From Octopus vulgaris (taxonomy: Eukaryota), in the NCBI GenBank assembly GCA_951406725.2, contig OX597830.1, positions 25,606,001 through 25,670,000 of the forward strand: a stretch of 64,000 nt of DNA, written 5' to 3'. Shown one piece after another: positions 1-10,869 of this stretch. Within the stretch, counting starts at the first letter, position 1. Every line of letters starts with the position of its first letter. The translations under genes and the position numbers were made by a program. The notes below the pieces were generated by a model. The model made no database searches, was not told the origin of the DNA, and saw nothing but the letters and a program-made list of their open reading frames with translations.

Positions 1-178
1 ACTCTTACTTCCTGTTTCTGTTGTACCTGTATTTCAAGGGGCCGGCCTTGTCACTCTCTGTGTCACGCTGAATATCCCTGAGAACTACGTTAAGGGTGCA
101 CGTGTCTGTGGAGTGCTCAGCCACTTACACGTTAATTTCACGGGCAGGCTGTTCCGTTGATTCGGATCAACCGGAACC
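1..178 (+). mobile_element. 3' body of tRNA-derived SINE (family C), truncated by the window edge
   Basis: Same body (ccttgtcac...gagaactacgttaagggt...gtggagtgctcagccactt...gctgttccgttgat) as copies at 4707, 5594, 8020 and 33841. Confidence 0.85.
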
Positions 179-364
179 ACACATATGACAGACTAAACTC
201 CCGATATATTTTACATATTTTTACTGTTCCATTAATTTTTTGTAATCATAGCTTCTAAATAACCCGTGTGCTTTCTGCTTTTGTGGATTCCATCTTCTCA
301 AAATCAGTTCCGAGGCAATTACAATGTATCTTAATAAATTGAGGTAAACATCTAGATATAGAAA

Positions 365-530
365 CAGGCATGGCTGTGTGGTAAAACGTTTACTTCCCAA
401 CCACATGGTTCCGGGTTCAGTTCCACTGTGTGGCATCTTCGGCAAATGTCTTCTAATATAGCCACGGGCCGACCAAAGCCTTCTGAGTGGATTTGGTAGA
501 CGGAAACTGAAAGAAGCCCGTCGCATGCAT
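365..530 (+). mobile_element. 5' half of tRNA-derived SINE (family A)
   Basis: tRNA-like head with A-box (tggctgtgtgg) and B-box (ggttcagttcc), then the body to gaaagaagcccgtcg shared with full copies at 25572, 36253 and 60098. Confidence 0.85.
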
Positions 531-535
531 ACAAA

Positions 536-597
<62 letters not shown>

Positions 598-670
598 AAT
601 GTGACCGCGTGTGTACCGTTGGCAATTTTTTTTCCTCTGTCTTCCCTTCGCTGGATCTTTCCTTCTCCTA

Positions 671-707
671 TGTTTCCGACGAAGAGCTCCGCTCGAAACG
701 TTAAAAC
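671..707 (+). ncRNA. Minimal type I hammerhead-like motif of the Penelope pseudo-LTR type, with a core variant
   Basis: GTTT-CCGACGA-A-GAGC-TCC-GCTC-GAAA-CGT-TA-AAAC: stem I GTTT/AAAC, stem II GAGC/GCTC, palindromic AACGTT at stem III; core is CCGACGA rather than CTGACGA; lies in a 210-bp insert flanked by (TA)n. Confidence 0.55.
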
Positions 708-1158
708 CTCCTTCTTTCCTTCTTTCCCGAGCGTCCAATAATACTATATTTGTTCCACGTTCTCGCGTTGTTGTGTTTTTTTGTGCTTTCTTGTTTGGAT
801 TAACTATATATATATATATATATATTGTTGCTATTGTGTTAAACTGTCGTATGTCCAACTTTGACAAATGCGTTTTTTTTTCAATATTTAATTTTGCTTG
901 CAATAACCAGTTCTTTTGGTCAAGCTATTTTATCTCCAGACGCTTCAGATGCCAAGTTATGAGATTGTCGAAGTGTAGTACAACGGTTTAGCATTTGCAA
1001 AAATATTTCACTCTGTGAAAGTTTCTAGTTCGAATCACACGTGTCTCGAGATGTGCCGAAGATTTTCTATTTTGGATATATTTGGGGTACTTAGGTCTGC
1101 TCAGGACTTAGTTCTTGCTTTTTCCATGGGTTTGAGTAAGTATTTCATTTATGTCTTA

Positions 1159-1229
1159 CGTATTTATCGCTGACGAGGGGAAAATTCTTATGAATTAACC
1201 CCGAAATTGGGACCAATACGGTAATAACG
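1159..1229 (+). ncRNA. Type I hammerhead ribozyme with intact core
   Basis: Stem I TTATCG(1164-69)/CGGTAA(1219-24); CTGACGA 1170-76; stem II GGGG/CCCC with AATTC/GAATT extension; GAAA 1203-06; stem III ATTG(G)/(C)CAAT; predicted AUA cleavage after 1218. Confidence 0.85.
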
Positions 1230-1374
1230 GATTTTTTAGAAATTTCTATCGGCTTGTTTCGAGACGTATAAATTATAATGGTTATTGACAATTTTGTCTT
1301 TTTTTCGGAATATTTGGCATTAGAATTTTATTTTGTAAGTTATATATATATATATATGTAAGTGTGTGTATATG

Positions 1375-1580
1375 TTTGTGTGTCTGTGTTTGTCCCCTCA
1401 GAATCGCTTGACAACCGATGCTGGCGTGTTTACCTTCCCAGTAACCTAGCGATTCGCGTAAGAGACCGATAGAATAAGTACCATAAAGAATAAAAAAGGA
1501 TGTCAGTTCATTCGATCCAACATTCTTCAAGACAGTGCTCCAGCATGGTCGCAGTCTAATGACTGAAACAAATAAAAAGA
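1375..1580 (+). mobile_element. 3' half of SINE family A
   Basis: gtgtctgtgtttgtcccc...cgcttgacaaccgatgctgg...gagaccgatagaataagtac...gtgctccagcatggtcgcagtc...gactgaaaca. Confidence 0.8.
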
Positions 1581-1863
1581 TGAAAAAAACAGAAGCTATT
1601 ATTGTAGCTGGTATTTTGTTTGTGAGTTCTCTTTAGGTTGTCATGAAAATGTTTGTGAGACGTATTTTATTTCGAAGTTTAACCCTTGCCAAACCCTGAA
1701 GAATTCCTTTAAGCTGTGATATGAACAAAAGACGAAAGTAATTAAAATGGTAAGCCGACACCTGAACAGAATCAGCCTCAACAGCGTAAACAAAGGAATA
1801 TAATTGGAATATTTCACACCACGTGAGGCAAGAAAAAATGGTTGCGCAGTTGTTTTTACAAAA

Positions 1864-1902
<39 letters not shown>

Positions 1903-2073
1903 GTAAATAAATAAATGAATAAATGAATTAAAACAGATGATTTTTGTTTCTTATTTTCTGAATTCTGTAAAAGTGTGGTCAAAAACCGGATAAATGAGAT
2001 TTAAATGAGTGTATGTATCATTGACGTATATATTTATAATGGGCGTTCAGGCTAAATTTGATGATTTTTATGC

Positions 2074-2168
<95 letters not shown>

Positions 2169-2876
2169 CGCGAGTGTCGCGTTGCTCTCAAGCAACTCTG
2201 CCGTCCTGGGTCGACCTTAAGTGACTTCAACACAACCAAAGCATTCTATAGGGGTTTAGTGGAGGGGAGGTACGACGACGAGCTCGGGGCGAACCTGGAC
2301 GTCGACGAGGAGTACCTGACCCGCCTGTTCAGGACGACTTTCGGGCCAGGGCCCATGGACAACTTCCAGAGATCCCTGGCCTGGCAGTGCTACCGAGAAG
2401 CGCTACCCGTTCGGGATAAGCTCTACAGACACGGCTCGAGAAACACGGGGCTGACCTGCCCGAGATGCGGTCAGAGCGACGAAACCGTTCTGCACGCACT
2501 CGTTCAGTGTCCAACAATTTCCGACCTGTGGGCTTATGTCGAACAACTGCTGTCACGTGTGGGACGAGTCGGTTTATCAGCTGAGTCTATCGTCAATATT
2601 GTCACGCCTCTTTCCTTCAAACGGGAAGGAAGAGCTATTTTCATCATCCTTGTGGCTATGGCGAAAGAATGTATCTGGTGGACGCGTCTGAAAGGATTGG
2701 AGACAAACACTTTCCTCTCTGGTCAATCTCTCATCAACTTCTTCAAGTACCACTTTAAAAGGAAAGTGAGAGTAGAGAGGCAAGTTTTGTCTAGCGAATG
2801 TTTTAAAAAAAGATGGGTGAATGTAACAAGAATGGCACGTATGAATGACGAAGCCACCTTGAGCATAGTCCTATGA
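2169..2876 (+). pseudogene. Truncated ORF2 C-terminal fragment with reverse-transcriptase zinc-binding domain
   Basis: About 235 uninterrupted codons with LAWQCYREALPVRDKL and CPRC...H...CP motifs; no genuine start codon (the ORF-track N-terminus is translated microsatellite). Confidence 0.8.
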
Positions 2877-3250
2877 ACCCAGAAATCGAAAACAGAGAGT
2901 TGCTTATTTGCAAAAAAAAAAAAAAAAAAAAAGAAATATAAAATGTGACTTCATTGACTGAGGTTACCGTGGTCTTTTCCGTAGGCTTTTCTTTCCACGG
3001 GTAAACCTCACCTGTCCTCCCCTTTACACTTCATATTGACATTTCTGTGATAACGATCCCCATTGATCAATTTTTTTTCCTCTCCCCTTTTTTTAACCTC
3101 CCTTTTTTTGTCCTCTTTCTCTCCTTTTACGATCCCTTTTGATCGAAACTCCCCCTTCCCTTTTTTTTTTTTTTTAAACCTTCAAAAGAAAAGCTCTACC
3201 TTGTAATTTGTTCTATCTGTGTGCAGCCCTGTGTGGCTAATAAAGAAACA
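2169..3250 (+). mobile_element. 5'-truncated L1/Tx1-clade non-LTR retrotransposon (ORF2 C-terminus and 3' UTR) inserted in (CTAT)n
   Basis: Open frame to stop at 2876 with zf-RVT-type CCHC motif CPRCGQSDETVLHALVQCP; pyrimidine-rich 3' UTR; AATAAA at 3239-3244; (TATC)n directly abuts both ends. Confidence 0.85.
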
Positions 3251-3339
<89 letters not shown>

Positions 3340-3340
3340 G

Positions 3341-3406
<66 letters not shown>

Positions 3407-3558
3407 AATAGTTAGTGTAATCTGGAATATTAGAAATTTCCATTACCAGTGGTCTAGTGGGTAAAAGAATTTAGCCAATAGACTATATGTTATTCATATA
3501 AATACTTATATAAATAAATATTATTCATATAAATATAAATATTATATATATCTATCTG

Positions 3559-3643
<85 letters not shown>

Positions 3644-3727
3644 ATGTCTGTCTATCTGCATACCTACCTACCTACCTACCTACCTACCTACCTACCTACC
3701 TACCTACCTACCTACCTACCTACCTAC

Positions 3728-3767
<40 letters not shown>
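3251..3767. repeat. (CTAT)n and (CTAC)n microsatellite cluster
   Basis: Directly visible tetranucleotide arrays at 3251-3406, about 3550-3643 and about 3661-3767. Confidence 0.95.
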
Positions 3768-4388
3768 ATTTTCATGTATATATGTTCACGTACGTCTCTA
3801 GCGTTAAAAAACTAAGAGAGAAGAGAGACAAAAAAAAAAGGATAGAGAGACAGAGAAGGAGAGAAGGTAAGTAATTCAACCTATACACAGAATAAGGTAC
3901 CGCGTTTACAGACGATCCTTGCAAAATTTACTCTCCGTTCAAAAACCACTAGGAAAACATATCTTTTCTCCTGGCTATAGAAAGCACAATATTTTAGAAC
4001 GTCCACATATATTCTACCAGCTAACCACTTCTCACAAAATACTAACGTATATATATTCTCACCGAGGAATAAATAACTGAAGTAATGATTGAATCTGAAA
4101 TACACGATTCGTTCGTGATCTGCAAATAGGTATCTCTGTTGATGTAATTATCTCCAAACACATGCACAAATTTATCAACTGTTTGCTAAGAACTCAGTAT
4201 TAATCATTTATTTTAAGGTATAGCAATTTGGTTACGGCGTTCGCTTGGGAACGACACGATTCTAGGTTCGATACCACCGCGTGACATGTTGGGGAAAAAT
4301 GTTTTTCTTTCTACCTTGGGCCTGGAGTTATTCAATACCTTGAGGGGAGTGTCATTTGGTGGAGGTTTAGTACGCGAAAGTCTGTCAC

Positions 4389-4437
<49 letters not shown>

Positions 4438-4706
4438 ACCCCTCTCTCTCTATCTATCAGTCTGTCTGCCTGTCTACCTAGCAGTGTGTGTGTGTGTGTG
4501 TTTTGTATGTATATAAACTCATTCATATGCATATACAATAATCCTACATATTCTCTTTTCAATCAATGATTATTAAAATTTTCTTTTTGTTTCATTTCCA
4601 TTAATACTACAAAAAAAAAATGAAAAAATATATCTCCCTTATTCTATACGATTTCAGTTTACACGAGGAGCGCAACCAGGCTGGTTACCGGGTTTCTATG
4701 GCGTAT

Positions 4707-5087
4707 AGTGGAGGCGCAATGGCCCAGTGGTTAGGGCAGCGGACTCGCGGTCGTAGGATAGCGGTTTCGGTTCCAAGACCGGGCGTTGTGAGTGTTTATT
4801 GAGCGAAAACACATAAACCTCCACAAGGCTCCGGCAAGGGGTGGTGGAGAACCCTGCTGTACTCTTTCACTATAAATTTCTCTCTTTCTTCCTGTTTCTG
4901 TTGTAATTGTATTTCAAAGGGCCAACTTTGTCACACTCAGTGCCACGCTGAATCTCCCCCGAGAACTACGTTAAGAGTATACGTGGCTGTGGAGTGCTCC
5001 GCCACTTGCACGTTAATTTCACGAGTAGGCTGTTCCGTTGATCGCATCAGCCGGGACTCACGTCGTCGTAACCGACGGAGTGCCACG
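4707..5087 (+). mobile_element. Full-length tRNA-derived SINE (family C, head 1) with 9-bp target-site duplication
   Basis: Head ggcgcaatggcccagtggttagggcagcggactcgcgg; TSD ATGGCGTAT at 4698-4706 and 5088-5096. Confidence 0.9.
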
Positions 5088-5129
5088 ATGGCGTATGCGT
5101 GACCAAAATAACATTTTTTCCCTTGAAGG

Positions 5130-5570
5130 AGGTGGGGGAGGCAAGTCGATTACATCGGTCCCAGAAATTGATTACTGCTTTATTTTATCGACCACGAGGG
5201 AATGAAAGACAAAATTGATCTCAGTGGGACTTGAACTCACAACGTAATGAACTGGAAGAAATGCCGCTAAGCATTTTATCCGATGTACTAAGGGATCAGC
5301 CATCTTGCTATCTGATCTGCTAAATAAAGTGTAATACATTTTCCCTGCTATGTAAACCTTTCTACTATAGGCACAAGGGCAGCCATTTTGGGGAAGGGGA
5401 TGTGTCGATTGCATCAACTCCAATATTTCACTGGTACTTATTTCATAGACCCTGAAAGAATCAAAGGCAAAGTCGACCTCGGCGAAATTTGAACTCAGAT
5501 CGTAGCGACGGGCGAAATCCCGTTAAGCATTTCGTCAAGCGTGCTAACGTTTCTGCCAGCTCGCCGCCTC
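5130..5570 (-). mobile_element. Two SINE family B copies
   Basis: Reverse complement of the family B consensus (ggcggcgagctggcagaa...gttcaaatt...gccgaggtcgactttgcctt...gtaccag). Confidence 0.8.
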
Positions 5571-5593
5571 TTTCCCTGCTATATAATGTGTGA

Positions 5594-5915
5594 TGGCGCG
5601 TGGCCTTAGTGGTTAGGGTATTCTGCTCACGATCGTAAGGTCATGAGTTCGATTCCCAGCAACGCGCTGTGTTCTTCAGTAACACACTTTATTTCACGTT
5701 GCTCCAGTCCACTCAGCTGGCAAAACTGAGTAGTACCTGTATCTCAAAGTAGCCAGCCTTGTCACACTCTGTGTCACGCTGAATCTCCCACCAAGAACTA
5801 CGTTAACGGTACACATGTCTGCGGAGTGCTCAGCCACTTGCACGTTAATTTCACGAGAAAGCTGTTCCGTTGATCGTATCAGCTGGGACCCTCGTCGTCG
5901 TAACCAATAGAGTGC
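5594..5915 (+). mobile_element. tRNA-derived SINE (head 2, CORE-like segment, family C body)
   Basis: ggcgcgtggccttagtggttagg...gagttcgattccc, then cactttatttcacgttgctccagtccactcagctgg and the family C body. Confidence 0.85.
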
Positions 5916-6786
5916 TCTTAGTATAGTACATATAAAGAATATATATTAGTAGTACAGTATATATAAATGTAGTATTGTATATATATATAAAGCATATTAT
6001 ACTGGATCTGCTAATATAAAGTATAGTAGATTATTATATTTAACTTGAAATATAAAGCGTATTATATTTAACTTGCTATATAAAGTATATCATATTTGAA
6101 CGTGCTATGAAAAATGCTTTATGTTTAACATGTTATATAAATTGTATTATATCTAACACGTCATGTAAAATATTTTATATTTAACGTGTCATGTAAATAT
6201 ATTATATTTAGAATCACATTCAGTGAGTAGTGTTTTGTAACCTATCTACACCCTCACTTCTTTGTCAGACGATAGCTAGATTAATTTCTAGAAGTTTCGA
6301 TCAATAATTTAACATAACTTCGCTAATGGATCGCTTTCAATCTGTGTCATGTGTTTTATACTGAAGATACATAGATACATACCAAAATAACGGGGAGGAA
6401 TCTGGGAGGAAACCAGATTGTTTTTGGCAGAGTGAGTGAGTGAGGGAGTGAGTGAAGGCGTGAGGGAGAAAGAAAGAGAAAGAGTGAGAGAAAGGGGGAG
6501 AAGAAAAACGATTGAATTAAAAATAAAAGTGTATTTATGTATGTATGTATGTATGTATGTATGTATGTATGTATGTATGTATGTATGTGTGTATATATGT
6601 GTGTGCGCGCGCGTTTGTGTGTGTGTGTGTGTGCGTGTGTGTGTATGTGTGTATAAAACTGATGTTATACTCACATATTAATATGGTTAAAGAATAGAAT
6701 AGTGAACGACTAAACATTTCATTTCTCACTCACATTTCTTGCTCCGAAAATACTTAGTTTTCTTAGTCCTTTCGATGAAGATATCA

Positions 6787-7030
6787 ATGATAATGATGAT
6801 GATGGTGATGATGATGATGATGATGATGATGACGACGACGACGATGATGATGATGACGGCGACGACGACGATGACAACGACTACGGTGACAATGAAGATG
6901 ATGGTGGTGACAATGACGGCGATGATGGTGATGATGTGATGATGATGATGACGAGTACGACGACGACGATGATGATAATGATGATGAAAATGATGATGTT
7001 GATGTAGTTGTTGCCATTGTCGTTGTTGCT
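6787..7030. repeat. (GAT/GAC/GGT)n trinucleotide low-complexity tract
   Basis: Directly visible. Confidence 0.9.
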
Positions 7031-7511
7031 TGTTTCGCAGCATGCCAACACTGTTGGTCAGATAATGATCAAAGACGTTCCAGCTGTGACCGTCCCTAGG
7101 ACTACGATTAAGGACCACCTAGTGTAAGTAGGGGTACACTAGGCAGCGAATCAGCAGGGTCATTTGAGCGTTGAATTGAATGCCTCAAGGTATTTGATCC
7201 AGCTTTTTACCATTCTGAGTACAAATCCGGCCATGGCCTACACGGGTGATAGACTTAATCCATCGGCCAAAGATTAGTTACTTTTAGTGGTGTCCACTCC
7301 TATTAACAGCATCTGAACAAGATTTCCAGTTTGAGGATATGTCCCTGTCTCTTTCAACGTTCTCGACGACCCATAAAATATCACAGGTACTACCTCTCCT
7401 CTCATCTTAAAGATAAATACACTAAGGTTGTATAGTCAGCTATGTATCATACCAAATGTATATATATTGCAGAAAAGCATACTGCTATTTTTCTTTTTGT
7501 CTAAAACAAAT

Positions 7512-7735
7512 TACAAGGAGGTGCTGAAAAGTTCCCAGCATTAGGTAAAAGAAAATACAGGAGGATCAGTTAATTATGATTTTATTCAACATATCCCCAT
7601 CTCAGATTCACACACATACTGAAGCGGTCCTTCAGTTTTTCTAAGCCCTGTGAAAGAAGTAGAAAGGTTGGACCTCCAGCCTGGCCTTTCGCGATACGCT
7701 TAAAGCCAGGAACAATTCAGCACCTCTCCTTTGTA
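7512..7735. mobile_element. Mariner-type MITE
   Basis: Imperfect TIRs tacaaggaggtgctgaaaagttcc / ggaacaattcagcacctctcctttgta with TA ends; a partial second copy lies at about 29195-29345. Confidence 0.7.
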
Positions 7736-7809
7736 TGTATCGAATCAAAACGAACACCGTCGCAGAAGTGTCGCTTCTACAACCGCGTCCATTTCTCATT
7801 TATATTCTG

Positions 7810-8000
7810 CTTTTTGTTTCAGTCAGTTGACTGCGGCCATGCTGGTGCACCGCATTTAATCGAATAAATCAACCCCAGGACTTATTCTTTGCAAGCCTTA
7901 TTCTATCGGTCACTTTTGGCGAACCACTAGTTTACGGGGACATGAACACACCAACAGCGGTTGGTAGTGGATAAATACAGACACACAAACATATATATAT
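7810..8000 (-). mobile_element. SINE family A 3' portion
   Basis: tgtttcagtcagttgactgcggccatgctgg...ccccaggacttattctttg... Confidence 0.75.
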
Positions 8001-8019
8001 ATATAGAGGATGGGCTTCA

Positions 8020-8370
8020 TTGGTGGCACTCAATCGGTTGCCATGACGAAGGCTCCAGTTGATCCGGTCAACAAAACAGCCTACTCGTGAAATTAACGTG
8101 CAAGTGGCTGAGTACCCCACAGACACGTGTACCCTAAATTCTCAGGAAGATTCAGTGTGACACAGAGTGTGACAACGCTGGCCCCTTTGAAATACAAGCA
8201 GAACTGAAACAGGAAGAAAGTTGTGGCAAACAAGTACAGCAGGGTTCGCCACCACTCCCTGCTGGAGCCTAGTGGACCTTTAGGTGTTTTCCATAAACAC
8301 CCACAACGCCCGGTCTGGGAATCGAAAGCACGATCCTACGACCGCGAGTCCGCTGCCCTAACCACTGGGC
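8020..8370 (-). mobile_element. SINE family C (head 1), near full length
   Basis: Reverse complement of the 4707-5087 copy. Confidence 0.85.
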
Positions 8371-8789
8371 AATGGCCCAGTGGTTAAGGGATATTTATAA
8401 AGAAAGAGATAGATAAAGGGAAAGAGAGAGGAGTCAGTTTCCAATTTGCCTGCTTATTATATTATACAAAAATATGTTTCCTTTGCAACACAAAGTCTAT
8501 AGATGTACAGTAATTTATAGAATATATTTTCACATCACTGTTATTTGGTAATAATTTTATGACTAATACTAATAACCAGTTGTTAGAACTCTATAGACTT
8601 ATGCTTTTCATTAAAATGTCAGGAAAAGTACAGAAAGTAATATAACGTAATGAATGACAGAAGAACAGGGATTACGTAACCACATTTATTAACTTACATC
8701 TGTTACTGCTATAAGACAGATTGATCACAGACCCGCGTGCTTGTGCAACATCCAAACGCTTCCCCGGAGCCATTGCAATGAACTCAAGT

Positions 8790-8841
<52 letters not shown>

Positions 8842-8870
8842 GGTTTGGAGGTGATGTACAGGTATTATAT

Positions 8871-9408
8871 ATTAGAAAAAAATAAGGTACTCAGAAATCT
8901 GGATGGTTGTACATTTACAGATTTTTATTAATATGTCACATTTTTTGTATACATCATATATTAGCGCTCGCATCTACTCTAGTAGATACTTCAGATTTGA
9001 ATTTTTTGAGAGGATTCGTCTCTTTTTATAGTATTATTGAATGTGTATCGGTGGAGAGAGATATAGGATAGTAAAAGGAGGTGAAGAATGGGGAGAAAGT
9101 GAGAGAGAGAGTGTGTGTGTGTATGTGTGTGCGCACACACACGCACACACACACAAACACATATACAAACACACACACTCTCTCACTTTCTCCCCATTCC
9201 TCCCCCTCTTTTACTATCCTATATCTCTCTCCACCCCTACACACTCAATAATACCATAAAAGAGACGAATCCCGTAAAAAAATTCAAATCTGAAGAATCT
9301 ACTAGAGTAGATGCGAGCGCTAATATATGATGTATACAAAAAATGTGACATATTAATAAAAATCTGTAAATGTACAACCATCCAGATTTCTGAGTACTTT
9401 ATTTTTTC

Positions 9409-9413
<5 letters not shown>
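8871..9413. repeat. About 540-bp near-perfect palindrome between (TA)n tracts, with a hammerhead-like fold in each arm
   Basis: 8871-9110 is the reverse complement of about 9178-9413 with scattered mismatches; centre (GT)n-GCGC-(AC)n is also self-complementary. Confidence 0.9.
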
Positions 9414-9493
<80 letters not shown>

Positions 9494-9523
9494 ATACATA
9501 CATACATACATACATACATACAT

Positions 9524-9584
<61 letters not shown>

Positions 9585-9616
9585 CATATATACATATATA
9601 TGTATACATATATAAT

Positions 9617-9990
9617 CTTATAATGAAAATCCAGAAATCTTGTAAACACCTACCTAGGCTTTGCTGGTTGAAGTAATAATTTATTTCGACATTTATCAAG
9701 CTGAAAACACGTCCGTATTTCAAGAAATACATAGTGTCGGAATGTAAAGTAGACCACCAGACACTTAAATAATTAATATCTGGTTTATGTCTGTTTGACA
9801 TCGAATTGTTGTAATGTTGGTTACCTCCCTTGTGTTTTCTTTCTCTTTTCTTCTTCTAAACGTTATCTGCTCGGAAGACAACTGGCGAACGGTCTTGTTT
9901 TCAGCTTGATAAATGACTGACTAAATTATCATTTCACCCAGGAAACCCTATGTAGTTGTATTTATAAGATTTGTAGATTTTCATTATAAA
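9617..9990. repeat. Older inverted repeat with about 100-bp arms and about 170-bp spacer
   Basis: ttataatgaaaatc...catttatcaagctgaaaaca versus tgttttcagcttgataaatg...gattttcattataa. Confidence 0.75.
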
Positions 9991-10036
9991 ATTATTTTTA
10001 CTCTCTTAGCTTTTCTATCTGTTGAAGCTTTACTAC

Positions 10037-10082
<46 letters not shown>

Positions 10083-10403
10083 TGTATGTATGTATGTATG
10101 TATGTATGTATGTATGTATGTATGTATGCGTGTGTGTAAGTGTGAGTTTAGAGGGATATATAATCCGGGTGGATACCGTGGTAGCTCTCAGTTATGTTCT
10201 AGGTTATGGCTAACCGCATCGTTTAATATTTAACATCAATGACCATTAGGAATTCGCTGTAAATTTGTCCGATGGGTAATTCCGTGTTTGCTTCTCTGGA
10301 TGGTAATATTATCCGGTGTGTATATTTGCAATAATTATAACGATAGAAAATATGGTGTCTGGTACATCCTCAAAATTTATTTTCTTTTATTCGTATGTCA
10401 TAC

Positions 10404-10474
<71 letters not shown>

Positions 10475-10563
10475 CTATATATAGACATACATACAAACAT
10501 ACATACATATGTATGTATATATGTGTAAGATGGGCACTCAGCAAATTTATTGGGAGTTTCAAG

Positions 10564-10721
10564 TATGGATCAAAACCGTTTGATTCAAATTCCTTGGTAC
10601 TCTTCAATTTCAAGCGTGATGCTAGTCGTCTGCCATTTTGAATTGGAAATGGCTGACGACTAGCATCACGCGTGAAACTGAAGAGTACCAACGAATTTGA
10701 ATCAAACTATTTTGATCCATA
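10564..10721. repeat. 158-bp palindrome with a hammerhead-like motif in each arm
   Basis: tatggatcaaaa...ctagtcgtctgccatt pairs with aatggctgacgactag...ttttgatccata. Confidence 0.85.
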
Positions 10722-10869
10722 GATATACATATATATACATATACATATATATACATATACACACACACACGAACATACAAACGCATATATATATAAATAT
10801 ATATATACAGACACATACACACATATGATGATTGCTTCATCTTATTACATGATGGCGGTTTTACCTTTA

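Noticed and set aside
4707-4785. tRNA genes at SINE heads (also 5594, 25572, 33841, 36253, 52800)
   Set aside because: A and B boxes are present but there is no complete cloverleaf, and each continues into a SINE body
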